A stretch of 64,000 nt of DNA from Myxococcota bacterium (GCA_965247115.1 CBDFGR010000003.1:448001-512000), one strand, 5' to 3'; shown: positions 18,940 through 28,689, numbered from the stretch's first letter. Numbers and translations: made by a program. The notes: generated by a model from the sequence alone, not told the origin.

Positions 18940-19122
18940 GGCTTCCCAAGGAAGCCCTTCGGCCTGCGATCGAGAGAAGCTGACCCCTTTTGCGGGCCTG
19001 GCGAGCTCAGAGCGCTGCGATGCGCGGAGGTGCCTCGACGGAGTAGAGTGACAGGATCGTGGGACAGGGCGCTCGACTGGAGCCGCTGTCTCCAGTCGAA
19101 TAGGGAGCGGCGACCGTCACCC

Positions 19123-19527
19123 ATGCAGCTCGCCTACAAGACTCTGTGTTGGATCGTGGGCAGCCTGATGGTGCTGCTCGGGCTCTGGTTCGTCGGTCTG
19201 TTCGTCGTCTCGATCGCGCCCGGCTCGAGCTCACCGCTGCCCTTTCCAATCGGTCCGCAGGGCTACTACTTCGTGGCCTTCTCCGGCTCTTGCCTGGTGG
19301 CGTGGGGATTCTGCCTGTTCGGCGCGGCCCGAGGCCACGGCGACCGGGCGATTGGCTCGGCCACGGCCATCGGCCTGTCGCTCGCTGCGATCAACCGGAT
19401 CGTCGTCTGGCTGTTCGGGGACTTCTGGTGGGTGGGCGGCATGCCTCGACTGGAGGCGATCGGCCTGTTGACCCTCGCCCTCGTCTTCGTCTGGCTGCGA
19501 CCTCCAGCCGGCAGGGGAGACCCATGA
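19123..19527 (+). CDS. Hypothetical 4-TM membrane protein
   Basis: ATG 19123 in frame with ORF 18337..19527; hydrophobic helices; ATGA coupling to the next gene. Confidence 0.7.
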   Translation: MQLAYKTLCWIVGSLMVLLGLWFVGLFVVSIAPGSSSPLPFPIGPQGYYFVAFSGSCLVAWGFCLFGAARGHGDRAIGSATAIGLSLAAINRIVVWLFGDFWWVGGMPRLEAIGLLTLALVFVWLRPPAGRGDP

Positions 19528-20126
19528 TAGGACGCAGCCTCGCAACGCTCGTGATCGGTGGCATTCTCGGGCTGACTCTGGCGCTCCCCTACACAACGAT
19601 GGGTCGACGAGGGAGCGAGGCGGTAGTTCGGCGGGACGTACCGGGAGCTGTGGGGACGGTCGGTGAGCGCCTGCCCCAGCTCTCGTTGCAGGACCTCGAG
19701 GGGAACCCCGTTTCGCTCCGAGACTTTCGTGGCGAGCGCGTGGTGCTGACTTTCGAGCGCAGCCTCGACTGGTCCCCCTTCAGCAAGGCGCGCCTCATCG
19801 AGCTACGCCAGCAGATCGACAGTGCGGAGGACCTCGTACTGCTCTACGTGATGGCCGACAACCAGCTCAACCAGAAGACGCGCTTCTTCATCGACGGAAA
19901 CCGCCTGACGGACCGTGTGACCTTTCTACAGGACCCGTTCAGCGCATCCATCGACCGACTGGGCTTGCGCCGCCCGACTCCTCGTGCGCTGGAGACCGGA
20001 GTCCCCCACCCCTCGACCTACGTGCTGGACCGCGGCGGCATCGTCCGCTTCGTCGATGTCCGCGAGGACTACCAGATCTGGCTCGACTCCTCGCTCGTAC
20101 TGGAGGCTGTCGCAGAGATCCCCTAG
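19524..20126 (+). CDS. Membrane-anchored redoxin/AhpC-TSA fold protein with SxxS in place of CxxC
   Basis: VGERLPQLSLQDLEG.PVSL.DFRG..VVL.F, RSLDWSPFSK, PHPSTYVLDRGGIVRF. Confidence 0.8.
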   Translation: MIGRSLATLVIGGILGLTLALPYTTMGRRGSEAVVRRDVPGAVGTVGERLPQLSLQDLEGNPVSLRDFRGERVVLTFERSLDWSPFSKARLIELRQQIDSAEDLVLLYVMADNQLNQKTRFFIDGNRLTDRVTFLQDPFSASIDRLGLRRPTPRALETGVPHPSTYVLDRGGIVRFVDVREDYQIWLDSSLVLEAVAEIP

Positions 20127-23100
20127 CGGCGGCAGAGCCACTTCCTGCCCCTCTGCCAGGATACCTTGTGGCGCTCCACCTTCTTGTGAACCACGTGCTT
20201 GTGGACCTTCAGCAGATGCGCTCGGAGGTGAGGAGCGTGCCGGTGGAAGATCCGCCTCACGTGCACACGAACGTGCGGGGGCAGGCGCTTGACGACGCGC
20301 CTCAGGTGAGCCCTGACGTGGCGGAGCTTCCGGTGCTGAGAGTGCTTTGGCTTGTCGCACACGGCCCTCGCCGCTCCAGGAACGCTGAGCTCCGGATTCT
20401 CCCGTAGCAGCGCACACAGCTGGTCACGCGAGCAGCCTGTCCCCTCCTTCTGAGTCTCGCTCAAAGGGGTGTCGGCGCACAGATCCGCCCCGTCGGCAAT
20501 CCCGTCGCCGTCGTCATCGTCGTCGCAGGGGTCTCCGGCCCCGTCTCCGTCGAAGTCTCGCTGATCTGGATTGGGGACCAGGGGACACGTGTCCGCCACG
20601 TCGTCGGTCCCATCGCCGTCGTCGTCCGGATCACAGGCATCGCCCAGCTTGTCGCCATCGGTATCCGTCTGGTCGGCGTTCGGGTCGTCGGGGCAGTTGT
20701 CCCCTGCGTCAACGACGCTGTCACCATCCGAGTCGTCGCAGACGTCTCCGAGGCTGTCGCCGTCCACGTTGGCCTGATCCGGGTTCGCCAGGTCTCGACA
20801 GTTGTCCACAGCGTCGACCACTCCGTCGGCGTCGCTGTCGTCACACACATCGCCCAGCTTGTCGCCATCGAAGTCGGCCTGATCCGGGTTCGGCGTGTTC
20901 GGGCAGTTGTCGACCTGAGCGTCGAACAGGTCGTAGACCCCGTCTCCATCTGCATCGGCGCCCGCGATCATCGAGATCGCGGAGAAGTGGGTGACCTCTG
21001 CCATGCAGGTCGCGAGGACCCCTGCTTCGTCCTCCACGAGCTCGCACATCGATCCAGGGACGGCCTCGAAGCTGCTCCCGTCCTCTCCGATCGGCTGATA
21101 GAGGGCCAGGCTCGCCCTCTGGCTCGGGTGGAGAGCCGTGACGTCCGCCACGATGGTCACCTTGACCGGGGCGTCGAAGATCAGACCGTCGGGCTGCAGG
21201 TCGTAGACCGCGACTTGCAGCCCGAGCGCGAGGGTCGGACTCAACATCAGGTCAACAACACCGCCGGCAGCGCCGGAGCTTACGGAGATCGTCGCGCCGG
21301 CCACGAGATCGCCTGCCTCCACGTCGAGCAGGAAGCCGTCCGCCGTTACCTGACCCACGGCGCCGGGTGGAATCTCCGCCGCACCCTGTCCGTTCGGATC
21401 GCAGGTATCCAGGTCGTCGCCGGGGCATGGGTCACAGACATCGCCGACGAGATCCCCATCGAGGTCCGACTGCGCGGGATTCACCACGTCGACGCAGTTG
21501 TCACCGGCATCTGGAACGCCGTCACCATCTGCATCCGCCTCTCCCTCACACGCGTCACCGACCCCGTTGCTGTCCGCGTCCTCCTGTCCAGGATTCGGAT
21601 CGTCGGGGCAGTTGTCCTCGACCGGGGCGAAGAGGTCGAAAACGCCGTCGCCGTCCGTATCTGCGGGAGCCAGCAGCGCGAACCGCGAGAAGCCGCTCAC
21701 GCTTGCCTCGCAGACGAGGCCGGCCTCGTCCTCGAAGCAGAAGCCGTCCAGGGGCACGAAGGCGTTGGCCCCAACATCGAACTGGTAGAGACCGAGAGCC
21801 TGCTCCTGGGCGAAGCTCAGACCAAGAGAGAAGATGTCCGGGAAGACCGTGAGAGACGCTGCGTTTGTAAACTGAAGCCCGTCCGGCTGGAGATCGTAGC
21901 TCGCGATCAGCAGGCCGAGTCCAGGAACCGGGTTCGGCAAGTCCGACAGGTCTACAACTCCGCCCGCAACGCCCCTCGTGATCGAGATCGTGGCATCCGC
22001 GACGAGGTCGCCGGCGCCTACCCGCAGGGACACATCACCCGGCAGCGAAACTGTGCCGCCCACGTTCGCGTCGATCTCGCGGGCAGAGCCCGCGGTGCAA
22101 GCATCGGCCGCATCGCTCGGGCAAGCGTCGCAGACGTCGCCCGCGGAGTCCCCATCGACGTCGGACTGGAGCGCATTCGAGTCGACCGGGCAGTTGTCCA
22201 CGCCGTCCGGAATGCCATCGCCGTCACCGTCCGGCAGCTCACAGGCGTCGCCGACCCCGTCCCCGTCCGCATCCAGCTGCGCCGCGTTCGGAGTGTTGCT
22301 GCAGTTGTCGAGGGCGTTCGAGACGCCATCTTGGTCGTCGTCACAGGCGTCGCCGAGCCCGTCGCCATTGGTGTCTGTCTGGGAAGCGTTGGCGTCGAGG
22401 GGGCAGTTGTCGAACGCGTCCTCGATGCCGTCGCTATCTGTATCCGGAGTGCAGGCGTCACCGATGGAATCGAAGTCCGTGTCCGCCTGGTTCGCGTTGC
22501 TGTCGAGCGGACAGTTGTCGACGAGATCATCCACAAGGTCCCCGTCGTCGTCCGCATCGCAGGCGTCCCCTTCGCCGTCTCCGTCCGTGTCGAGCTGCGT
22601 GGCGTTCGGCGTGGACGGGCAGTTGTCGTTGTCGGGAGCGCCATCGAGCACCCCATCGCCATCGTCGTCGCCGGGCAGCGCTCCGGGGAGAAAGTAGTCG
22701 AGCCCCTGGTGGGCAATCTGGAGGGAGGAGTCGATCTCGTCGCCATCACTGTTCAGATCTTCGCCCTGTTGGCCCTCGTTCACGTTGAAGACGAGAGCGC
22801 TGGCTGAGAGCTTGGACGCGGCTTCGAAGCCACTTCCGAGCGGTGCAGAGGCCACCATCAGATTCTCCAGATCGAAGGTGGCCGCATCGATCACGTGGAC
22901 GACGTTGTCGCTCCTGTCGCCATCGAGGCCATCGAAGCCGTCGAGACCGTTCAGGCTCCCGTCGAGCAGAAGGTCGGTCGGTCCCTGGTGCTCCTCATTG
23001 ACGAGGAAGCTGACGAGACCCCCTTTGAAGCGGAGCTCGGAAGCCGCGATGCCCATGTTCTCGAGCGCTCCCGTCCCGCGCTCGTAGATGTGAAGGACGG

Positions 23101-24532
23101 ACTCGCCGAGCGTCTGGTCGAGATCCTGCGAGTGCCCGTAACGCGTTCCGAGGCCGTTCAGATTGGCACTCTGCGCGATCTCGGGAACCGCTACGGCCGC
23201 GCGGTCGCCTTCGACCTGATAGATCGGGCCGTCATCGAGCGCGACGCCCAGGGACATGAGCTGCATCCCGGCGGCGGTGGAATCCCAGACGTGCAGGACA
23301 TTGTCGTCGGTATCCAGATCCCCGTTGTGGTTCGTGCCCGCGGGGCCCTCGTCAGATTCGAGAACCTCAAAGACCACGAGCCCTGTCGCCGAAACCGAGA
23401 AAGGCTGGCGGGCCAGATTCTGGTTGGAGTTCCGCCCCACGTTGGCGAGCATCCCGGTCGAGCTATCGAACACTTGAAGAACGTTGTCGAGCTGGTCCCC
23501 GTCGCCGTTCAGATCCGCGTTCGCCTTGGCGGGGGACTCCGAGGCCAGAAAAGCCACAACCTCTCCGCCCACGTCGTACTGAATTCCCTCCATACCAAGG
23601 TTTGTAGTCAGACCTGTCCGCGCATCGAAGACGTGGAGGATGTTGTCGAGTAGTCCGCTCGGCACTTCGAAAGCCACGACACCGAGCTCCGACAACGACA
23701 AGGCAGGCAGCGACGTACCGCTCCGCGTCCTCGTCGCGGCAATCCCGACGTTCATCCGCTGGTCCAGGGGCATGGAGAGGTCGTACACCTGCGGCACCAG
23801 ATCGTCCGTGTCCCCGTCAGGGTTCAGGAACGTGTCGTCGTTCGCCTCCGATCTCAAGGTCACCAGGAAGTTCCCAGCCGCGCGCATCTCGCTGGCGTCG
23901 ACGCCGGCATTGGTAACGATGTTTCTTGTGGGATCCGCGGGATCAGGACCGTAGACGTGAAGGACGTTGTCTACGGTATCCCCGTCCCCATTCAGATCGA
24001 GCCCCCCCTGGCCGGACTCCGAGACCGAGAAGACGACTCGGTCGTTCGCGAGCTGATACCTGTGGAGGGCGAGGCGGAGGTTTGTCGTGCGTCGAGTTGC
24101 GGGATGGAAGACGTGAAGGACTCGATCATCGGTATCCCCATCCCCGTTGAGGTCATTCCCTACACCGACGGGACCCTGGTCCATTTCGTAAACGGCAAAC
24201 GCGGCGACGGTCGGTCCAACCAGGTAGCTGTCGATCAGGGTACTGTTGACCGGGGGCACCGACACCAGCGCCCTCGGCGAAATACGCAAGTTCAGCTTGG
24301 TGTCGCGCAGAAACGCGTACGCAACGTTGTCTGCGGAGTCACCGTCGCCGTTCAGGTCCGTGGAGGGGAAGTCGTCTTCACTGACGAGAAACACGACCAG
24401 ATCGTCCGTGATCTTGAAGTCGGTGCTCTCCAGGCCGAGGCTCACTCCGACGGCAGACCGCGCTTCTGGAACAAAGCACAGCCAGAGCGCAAGCGCGCAG
24501 AGGGTGACTCGCCCGGAAACAAGAGAGCGCAC
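20123..24532 (-). CDS. Large exported Ca2+-binding protein: DLNGDGD-repeat propeller-like region, thrombospondin type-3 repeats, two ZU5-like domains, basic tail
   Basis: Signal peptide; about 10 DLNGDGDxxDxVLHV-type repeats; many DNCP..N..Q.D.DGDG.GDACD units; duplicated GDLVA.ATIS...YDLQPDGL.F domain. Confidence 0.85.
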   Translation of the reverse strand: MRSLVSGRVTLCALALWLCFVPEARSAVGVSLGLESTDFKITDDLVVFLVSEDDFPSTDLNGDGDSADNVAYAFLRDTKLNLRISPRALVSVPPVNSTLIDSYLVGPTVAAFAVYEMDQGPVGVGNDLNGDGDTDDRVLHVFHPATRRTTNLRLALHRYQLANDRVVFSVSESGQGGLDLNGDGDTVDNVLHVYGPDPADPTRNIVTNAGVDASEMRAAGNFLVTLRSEANDDTFLNPDGDTDDLVPQVYDLSMPLDQRMNVGIAATRTRSGTSLPALSLSELGVVAFEVPSGLLDNILHVFDARTGLTTNLGMEGIQYDVGGEVVAFLASESPAKANADLNGDGDQLDNVLQVFDSSTGMLANVGRNSNQNLARQPFSVSATGLVVFEVLESDEGPAGTNHNGDLDTDDNVLHVWDSTAAGMQLMSLGVALDDGPIYQVEGDRAAVAVPEIAQSANLNGLGTRYGHSQDLDQTLGESVLHIYERGTGALENMGIAASELRFKGGLVSFLVNEEHQGPTDLLLDGSLNGLDGFDGLDGDRSDNVVHVIDAATFDLENLMVASAPLGSGFEAASKLSASALVFNVNEGQQGEDLNSDGDEIDSSLQIAHQGLDYFLPGALPGDDDGDGVLDGAPDNDNCPSTPNATQLDTDGDGEGDACDADDDGDLVDDLVDNCPLDSNANQADTDFDSIGDACTPDTDSDGIEDAFDNCPLDANASQTDTNGDGLGDACDDDQDGVSNALDNCSNTPNAAQLDADGDGVGDACELPDGDGDGIPDGVDNCPVDSNALQSDVDGDSAGDVCDACPSDAADACTAGSAREIDANVGGTVSLPGDVSLRVGAGDLVADATISITRGVAGGVVDLSDLPNPVPGLGLLIASYDLQPDGLQFTNAASLTVFPDIFSLGLSFAQEQALGLYQFDVGANAFVPLDGFCFEDEAGLVCEASVSGFSRFALLAPADTDGDGVFDLFAPVEDNCPDDPNPGQEDADSNGVGDACEGEADADGDGVPDAGDNCVDVVNPAQSDLDGDLVGDVCDPCPGDDLDTCDPNGQGAAEIPPGAVGQVTADGFLLDVEAGDLVAGATISVSSGAAGGVVDLMLSPTLALGLQVAVYDLQPDGLIFDAPVKVTIVADVTALHPSQRASLALYQPIGEDGSSFEAVPGSMCELVEDEAGVLATCMAEVTHFSAISMIAGADADGDGVYDLFDAQVDNCPNTPNPDQADFDGDKLGDVCDDSDADGVVDAVDNCRDLANPDQANVDGDSLGDVCDDSDGDSVVDAGDNCPDDPNADQTDTDGDKLGDACDPDDDGDGTDDVADTCPLVPNPDQRDFDGDGAGDPCDDDDDGDGIADGADLCADTPLSETQKEGTGCSRDQLCALLRENPELSVPGAARAVCDKPKHSQHRKLRHVRAHLRRVVKRLPPHVRVHVRRIFHRHAPHLRAHLLKVHKHVVHKKVERHKVSWQRGRKWLCRR

Positions 24533-24866
24533 GCGGAGATCTTATCAGATAATCCCGCGCTCTTCGGCCCTACTGAAACCTACGCCGAATTGTGACGATG
24601 TTGTCTTGCGGCCAACGTGCACAAGACGGTGCATCTTCTCGATGTCTCGCGCCATCCATGCGCCTTCGATGACGTAGCGTTCGGGTGGACACCGAGTCGC
24701 GGCAGCTGCGGCAACAAACGCGCAACTGCGACCACGCCAACCGATGCCGGGGCAGCGGTTCTTGTTGACATGTGCGCCACGCCCTCAATTCGTAAAAGGG
24801 CAAGCGGATCCGGTCGATAGAGGAACTGGCTGCGTCTATGGCTCCATGGGGTGAGCGGAAGGCCGG

Positions 24867-26894
24867 ATGATTCTGCCAGTCGGCCAGAGCGAGGTTCTGC
24901 GTGTGCCCTGGATCACCGGGTGGGTGATCCTTGCGTGCCTCGCGGTGTTCCTGGTCGATGACAGCGAGCTCGCCGTGCCCGCGTCGCCCGTACCGGAGCA
25001 GCTGGCGGAGGCAACGGAGTACTGGCGCGAGCACGCGTACCTCGAAGTCGAGCCGGAGATCCTGCTCGAGGTCGGGCGCGGCAAGTCCGCCGAAGAGCGG
25101 CGCGAGCTCGTACAGGAGCTGCGCTACGAGTCGTACCAGCGCTGGCCAAATGACGAGGAGATGCGGCGCGCGCAGCAAGAGGTGCTGGACTTCCTGGCCT
25201 CCCAGGCGCTGGGAAGGCTGGAGCAAGCGCCGAGCGCCCCGAGCATCTTCACGCGCTGGGGTCTGGTTCCGGCGGAGCCAAAGGCGCTGGCCTTTCTCAC
25301 GCACCCGTTCCTGCACGCGACCTGGCTGCAGCTGCTGGCCAACCTGCTGATCCTGTTTCTGGCGGGCGCCGCGCTCGAGGAGCGCTGGGGACCGCTGCTC
25401 GCCCTGCTCTTGCCGATCTGCGCGGCTGCCTCTGGCGCTGTCGCGCTGCTGGTCTCGCTGGGGTCGACGCTCCCGCTCTTCGGCGCGGCCGGCATGTCCG
25501 CCGGCCTCGTGGGCGCAGCGCTCACCCGCTATCGCCTGCAGAAGATCCGCTGCTACTACCTGCTCGGGGTCGATCGCAAGGGACCGATCCACGGCAGCTT
25601 CAGGCTGCCTGCGGTCGCGCTGCTGCTACCGCTCTGGCTGGTAGGCGCTGCCGGGCAGGCCTGGCTGCCAGGACTCAAGCTTGGCGCACTCTACGCGGCT
25701 CAACTGACCGGATTCGTCGTGGGAGCGGGGACGGCATTCCTGGTCGCGCGCCTGGACCTCGAGGAGCGGCTCGGCTTTCTGTGGCTTCGGGCATGGTGGG
25801 ATCGGCAGCGGCTCGAGCGGGCGAGCCGACGCAAGGCAAAGCAAGAGGCGACTCGCGAGGGCGCGTCCGAGGTCGCGGCGCAGGAGCCAGAGACAACGTC
25901 CGAGCTGGATCAGCTGAAGGCCAGCGCCGAGGGCAACCCTGGAGATCCGGAGGTCGGGCGTACCTTCTGGGAGGCTGCACGCTCCGCAGGGCAGGCCGAC
26001 CTGGCGGCTCCCCAGATGCTGCGCCTGGTGCACCACCACGTGAATCGTGGAGAGGACCAGGAGGCGGCGCGTACCTGGATCGAGGTCACGACGGAAGTGC
26101 CGCGAGCCCTCGCCTACCCGACGCTGCTCGTCAGGCTCTGCCCGGCGCTGATCGAGCTGGGAGAGCGGGACCAGGCCCAACGAGCACTCCGCCAGGCCAT
26201 CGATCCGCGCAACCGGGGCCTGACCCTCCCGAACGTGATGCGCGCCCTCCGCTATGCCAAGGAGCTCGACCCGGCGCTCTGCGTGGCTGCGGCGAAGAGA
26301 GCCCTCGAGATGCCCGACGTGCCGGCCGACCAGCGCGCCTCCCTCAGGGAGCTGATCGACGCCGGGCAGTTGGCGCCGCCGGCGGCACCCGGCCCACCGA
26401 CCCCGGCGATCGGGGTGGAAAGCCAGGCCCCGCCAGCCGCCGCGGACTCTTCGGCAGGCGGACCGCGTTTCAGCGGCGTGAAGATCGTGGAGGGGACGCC
26501 TGCGCGTCTGAGCCGCGCCGGACTCTTCATAGAGGTTGCGGCGGGTCGGATGATCGAGCTCAAGTACGCCAGGGTCGAAGCTCTCGCGGCGGCCATGGTC
26601 GTGCGCAGTCTCGGGCAGAGCCCGGAGGTGGTGATCGACCTGGCACTGAACTGGAGCCACGTGGGAGACGAGGCGCTGCGCATCGTTCGCCTGCGCAGCG
26701 ACGGCTTCGACCCCCGCACCCTGATCTCTGACGAGGAGAGCCTGGAGGATGCCTACCGGGGCCTGCTCGACAAGCTCCTCACCCTGACGCGGGCGATCCC
26801 CCTGCCCGACGAGGAGTCCGCGCGCGGCCGACCGATGCGCGTGTTCTCGGACCTGGAGACCTATCAGCGCGAGGTGCTCGAAGTCGCAGGCTGA
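24867..26894 (+). CDS. Rhomboid-family membrane protein (catalytic residues apparently lost) with helical/TPR-like and C-terminal soluble domains
   Basis: MILPVG...PWIT start, FLH.xW..L..N..L...G..LE..WG rhomboid pattern; GAAG instead of GxSG; AQ instead of AH. Confidence 0.8.
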   Translation: MILPVGQSEVLRVPWITGWVILACLAVFLVDDSELAVPASPVPEQLAEATEYWREHAYLEVEPEILLEVGRGKSAEERRELVQELRYESYQRWPNDEEMRRAQQEVLDFLASQALGRLEQAPSAPSIFTRWGLVPAEPKALAFLTHPFLHATWLQLLANLLILFLAGAALEERWGPLLALLLPICAAASGAVALLVSLGSTLPLFGAAGMSAGLVGAALTRYRLQKIRCYYLLGVDRKGPIHGSFRLPAVALLLPLWLVGAAGQAWLPGLKLGALYAAQLTGFVVGAGTAFLVARLDLEERLGFLWLRAWWDRQRLERASRRKAKQEATREGASEVAAQEPETTSELDQLKASAEGNPGDPEVGRTFWEAARSAGQADLAAPQMLRLVHHHVNRGEDQEAARTWIEVTTEVPRALAYPTLLVRLCPALIELGERDQAQRALRQAIDPRNRGLTLPNVMRALRYAKELDPALCVAAAKRALEMPDVPADQRASLRELIDAGQLAPPAAPGPPTPAIGVESQAPPAAADSSAGGPRFSGVKIVEGTPARLSRAGLFIEVAAGRMIELKYARVEALAAAMVVRSLGQSPEVVIDLALNWSHVGDEALRIVRLRSDGFDPRTLISDEESLEDAYRGLLDKLLTLTRAIPLPDEESARGRPMRVFSDLETYQREVLEVAG

Positions 26895-27997
26895 GCCGCG
26901 CCCGGCTCAGCACCGAACACTCGCCTGAATTGTCGGATCACCGGGAGCTGGTCGAGCCACGCGGAGGTGTCCACGCGGAACGCGTCGATCTCGCTCGGGA
27001 CGCCGGCGAAGCCGGGCGGGACCTGGCTGTGCAGCGTCGGCGAGTGCGCGTCCTCGTCGACGAAGTGGTACTCGTAGCCCGGGATGAGTAGCTCGTCGGC
27101 CACGACGGCGTCGATCGTGCGGACTCCGTAGCTCATGATCTGCGTCGTCGTGGCCTGGCAGGACGCGATCCACACCTGTCGCGGCCCGGCGATGAACAGA
27201 TACTGCGCCCGCCGGTTGCGGGATACGATCCGGTATCGCTCGAGTCGCCCGCCGTAGAGGCTGCTCGTGCTCTTGCCCCGCTCGACCACGCCGCGGGCGA
27301 AGTCGGGCTCGAAGCCGCGTGTGAAGCGTAGCGACGTGGGGTCGTTCTTGCGGGTGAATCTCGCGATTGCTTGCCCGCGGTTCACCAGGTTGCGCGGGTT
27401 GGCCGCGGCACGACGGCGCGGCGCCGTGAAGTCGCGGTAGGGCTCGATCCGGTCATTCGGACCGCGCCGCAGCACGAGCCCGACGGCAGCGTCGTCGTAC
27501 CGGATGCGCCGCGCTCTGCGGCTCAGCGTCTCGAGGGCGGTCTGGATCTCGAGCGGGAGGTCTGTGGTGCCCTCGTCCGATCCCACGCGCGCTTCTCCGT
27601 TCTCGACGACGGTCTTCACGTCCCCCTTGCCGATCCAGTTCTCCTCGTCGGAACGGACGTAGTGGGAGGCAGAGCGCCAGGTCAGCGACAGATCCTTGTA
27701 GAAGATGCGCGGGTAGATCCGTGCTTCGCCGTCGAGCCTGACGTAGCCCACGTAGAAGCGGATATCCTCGTTTTGACGCGGGTTGGTCAGGTAGTAGGTG
27801 GCGTCGAACAGCTCGAGCTTGTGCTTCGGCGTGTAGCCGCGCTTAAGCAGCACCTGCGGTCGGCTGCGCGCTGAGCCGGCCGCGACGAGCCGCGCGCCGC
27901 TCGCGACGGCGTGCTCGAACTCGCGGGCCACCCGCGCGGAGCTTCCGTTCCAGGGTGCAACGCTCGGGACGACGCGGCTCAGGATGCGATCGCTCAT
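26864..27997 (-). CDS. Hypothetical soluble protein
   Basis: 377-aa ORF with globular composition and motif-like segments (YPRIFYKD.SL.WRSASH, WIGKGD, IPGYEYH). Confidence 0.75.
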   Translation of the reverse strand: MSDRILSRVVPSVAPWNGSSARVAREFEHAVASGARLVAAGSARSRPQVLLKRGYTPKHKLELFDATYYLTNPRQNEDIRFYVGYVRLDGEARIYPRIFYKDLSLTWRSASHYVRSDEENWIGKGDVKTVVENGEARVGSDEGTTDLPLEIQTALETLSRRARRIRYDDAAVGLVLRRGPNDRIEPYRDFTAPRRRAAANPRNLVNRGQAIARFTRKNDPTSLRFTRGFEPDFARGVVERGKSTSSLYGGRLERYRIVSRNRRAQYLFIAGPRQVWIASCQATTTQIMSYGVRTIDAVVADELLIPGYEYHFVDEDAHSPTLHSQVPPGFAGVPSEIDAFRVDTSAWLDQLPVIRQFRRVFGAEPGAAQPATSSTSR

Positions 27998-28077
27998 GGA
28001 TCTTCCGTCCGGCCCCCGGCTCGACCGGTTCGCAGGATTAGTGAGAGACTCGAGCGCAAGTGCAAGAGGAGCGAGAG

Positions 28078-28685
28078 ATGCCAGAGTACTGCAAGACCGC
28101 CACGGACGGCCGGATCCTCACGGTCACGCTGAATCGGCCCCAGGTGTTGAATGCGCTGCACGCGCCGGCACACGTCGAGCTGACGATCCCAAACCGATCA
28201 TTGCGGCCGTGAACGGCATCGCCATGGGCGGCGGCTTCGAGATTGCCCTCGCCTGCGACCTGATTGTCGCCGCGGAGAGCGCGGTGTTCGCGCTGCCCGA
28301 GCCGCGCGTGGGGCTGGCCGCGCTCGCGGGTGGGCTGCAGCGCCTGCCGCGTCAGATTCCGCTGAAGCAGGCGATGGGCATGATCCTGACGGGTCGACGA
28401 GTGGGGGCCGCGGAGGCCCTCCAGCTCGGCATCGCCACCGACGTGGTACCCGACGATCAGCTGATGAAGACCGCGCGAAGCTGGGCTTTACAGATCCTGG
28501 AGTGCGCCCCGCGCTCGGTGCGCGCGAGCAAGCAAGCTGTGATGCAGGGGCTCGACAAGGCCTCGCTGCAGCAAGCCATGGAGGCCACGTTCGAGCAGGT
28601 CGACCTGATGCGCGAGCATGCCGACTACGTCGAGGGACCCAAGGCCTTCGCCGAGAAGCGCGCGCCGAACTGGACCGGCTGGTAA
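28078..28685 (+). pseudogene. Enoyl-CoA hydratase/crotonase disrupted by internal deletion and frameshift (or assembly error)
   Basis: ATG 28078 gives MPEYCKTATDGRILTVTLNRPQVLNALHAPAHVEL; at about 28182 the crotonase continues in another frame (DDPKPIIAAVNGIAMGGGFE...). The segment carrying the AFxAGxD oxyanion motif is missing. Confidence 0.75.
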
Positions 28686-28689
28686 GCGC

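Noticed and set aside
19524..20126. Selenoprotein (UGA read-through) in the redoxin; also checked DUF3179 at 56618-57562
   Set aside because: The motif codons are TCC/AGC in the redoxin and TGC/TGC in DUF3179; there is no in-frame TGA at either site.
24765..24800. Perfect TTGACA -35 box upstream of the rhomboid-like gene
   Set aside because: No credible -10 hexamer at 16-18 bp spacing.
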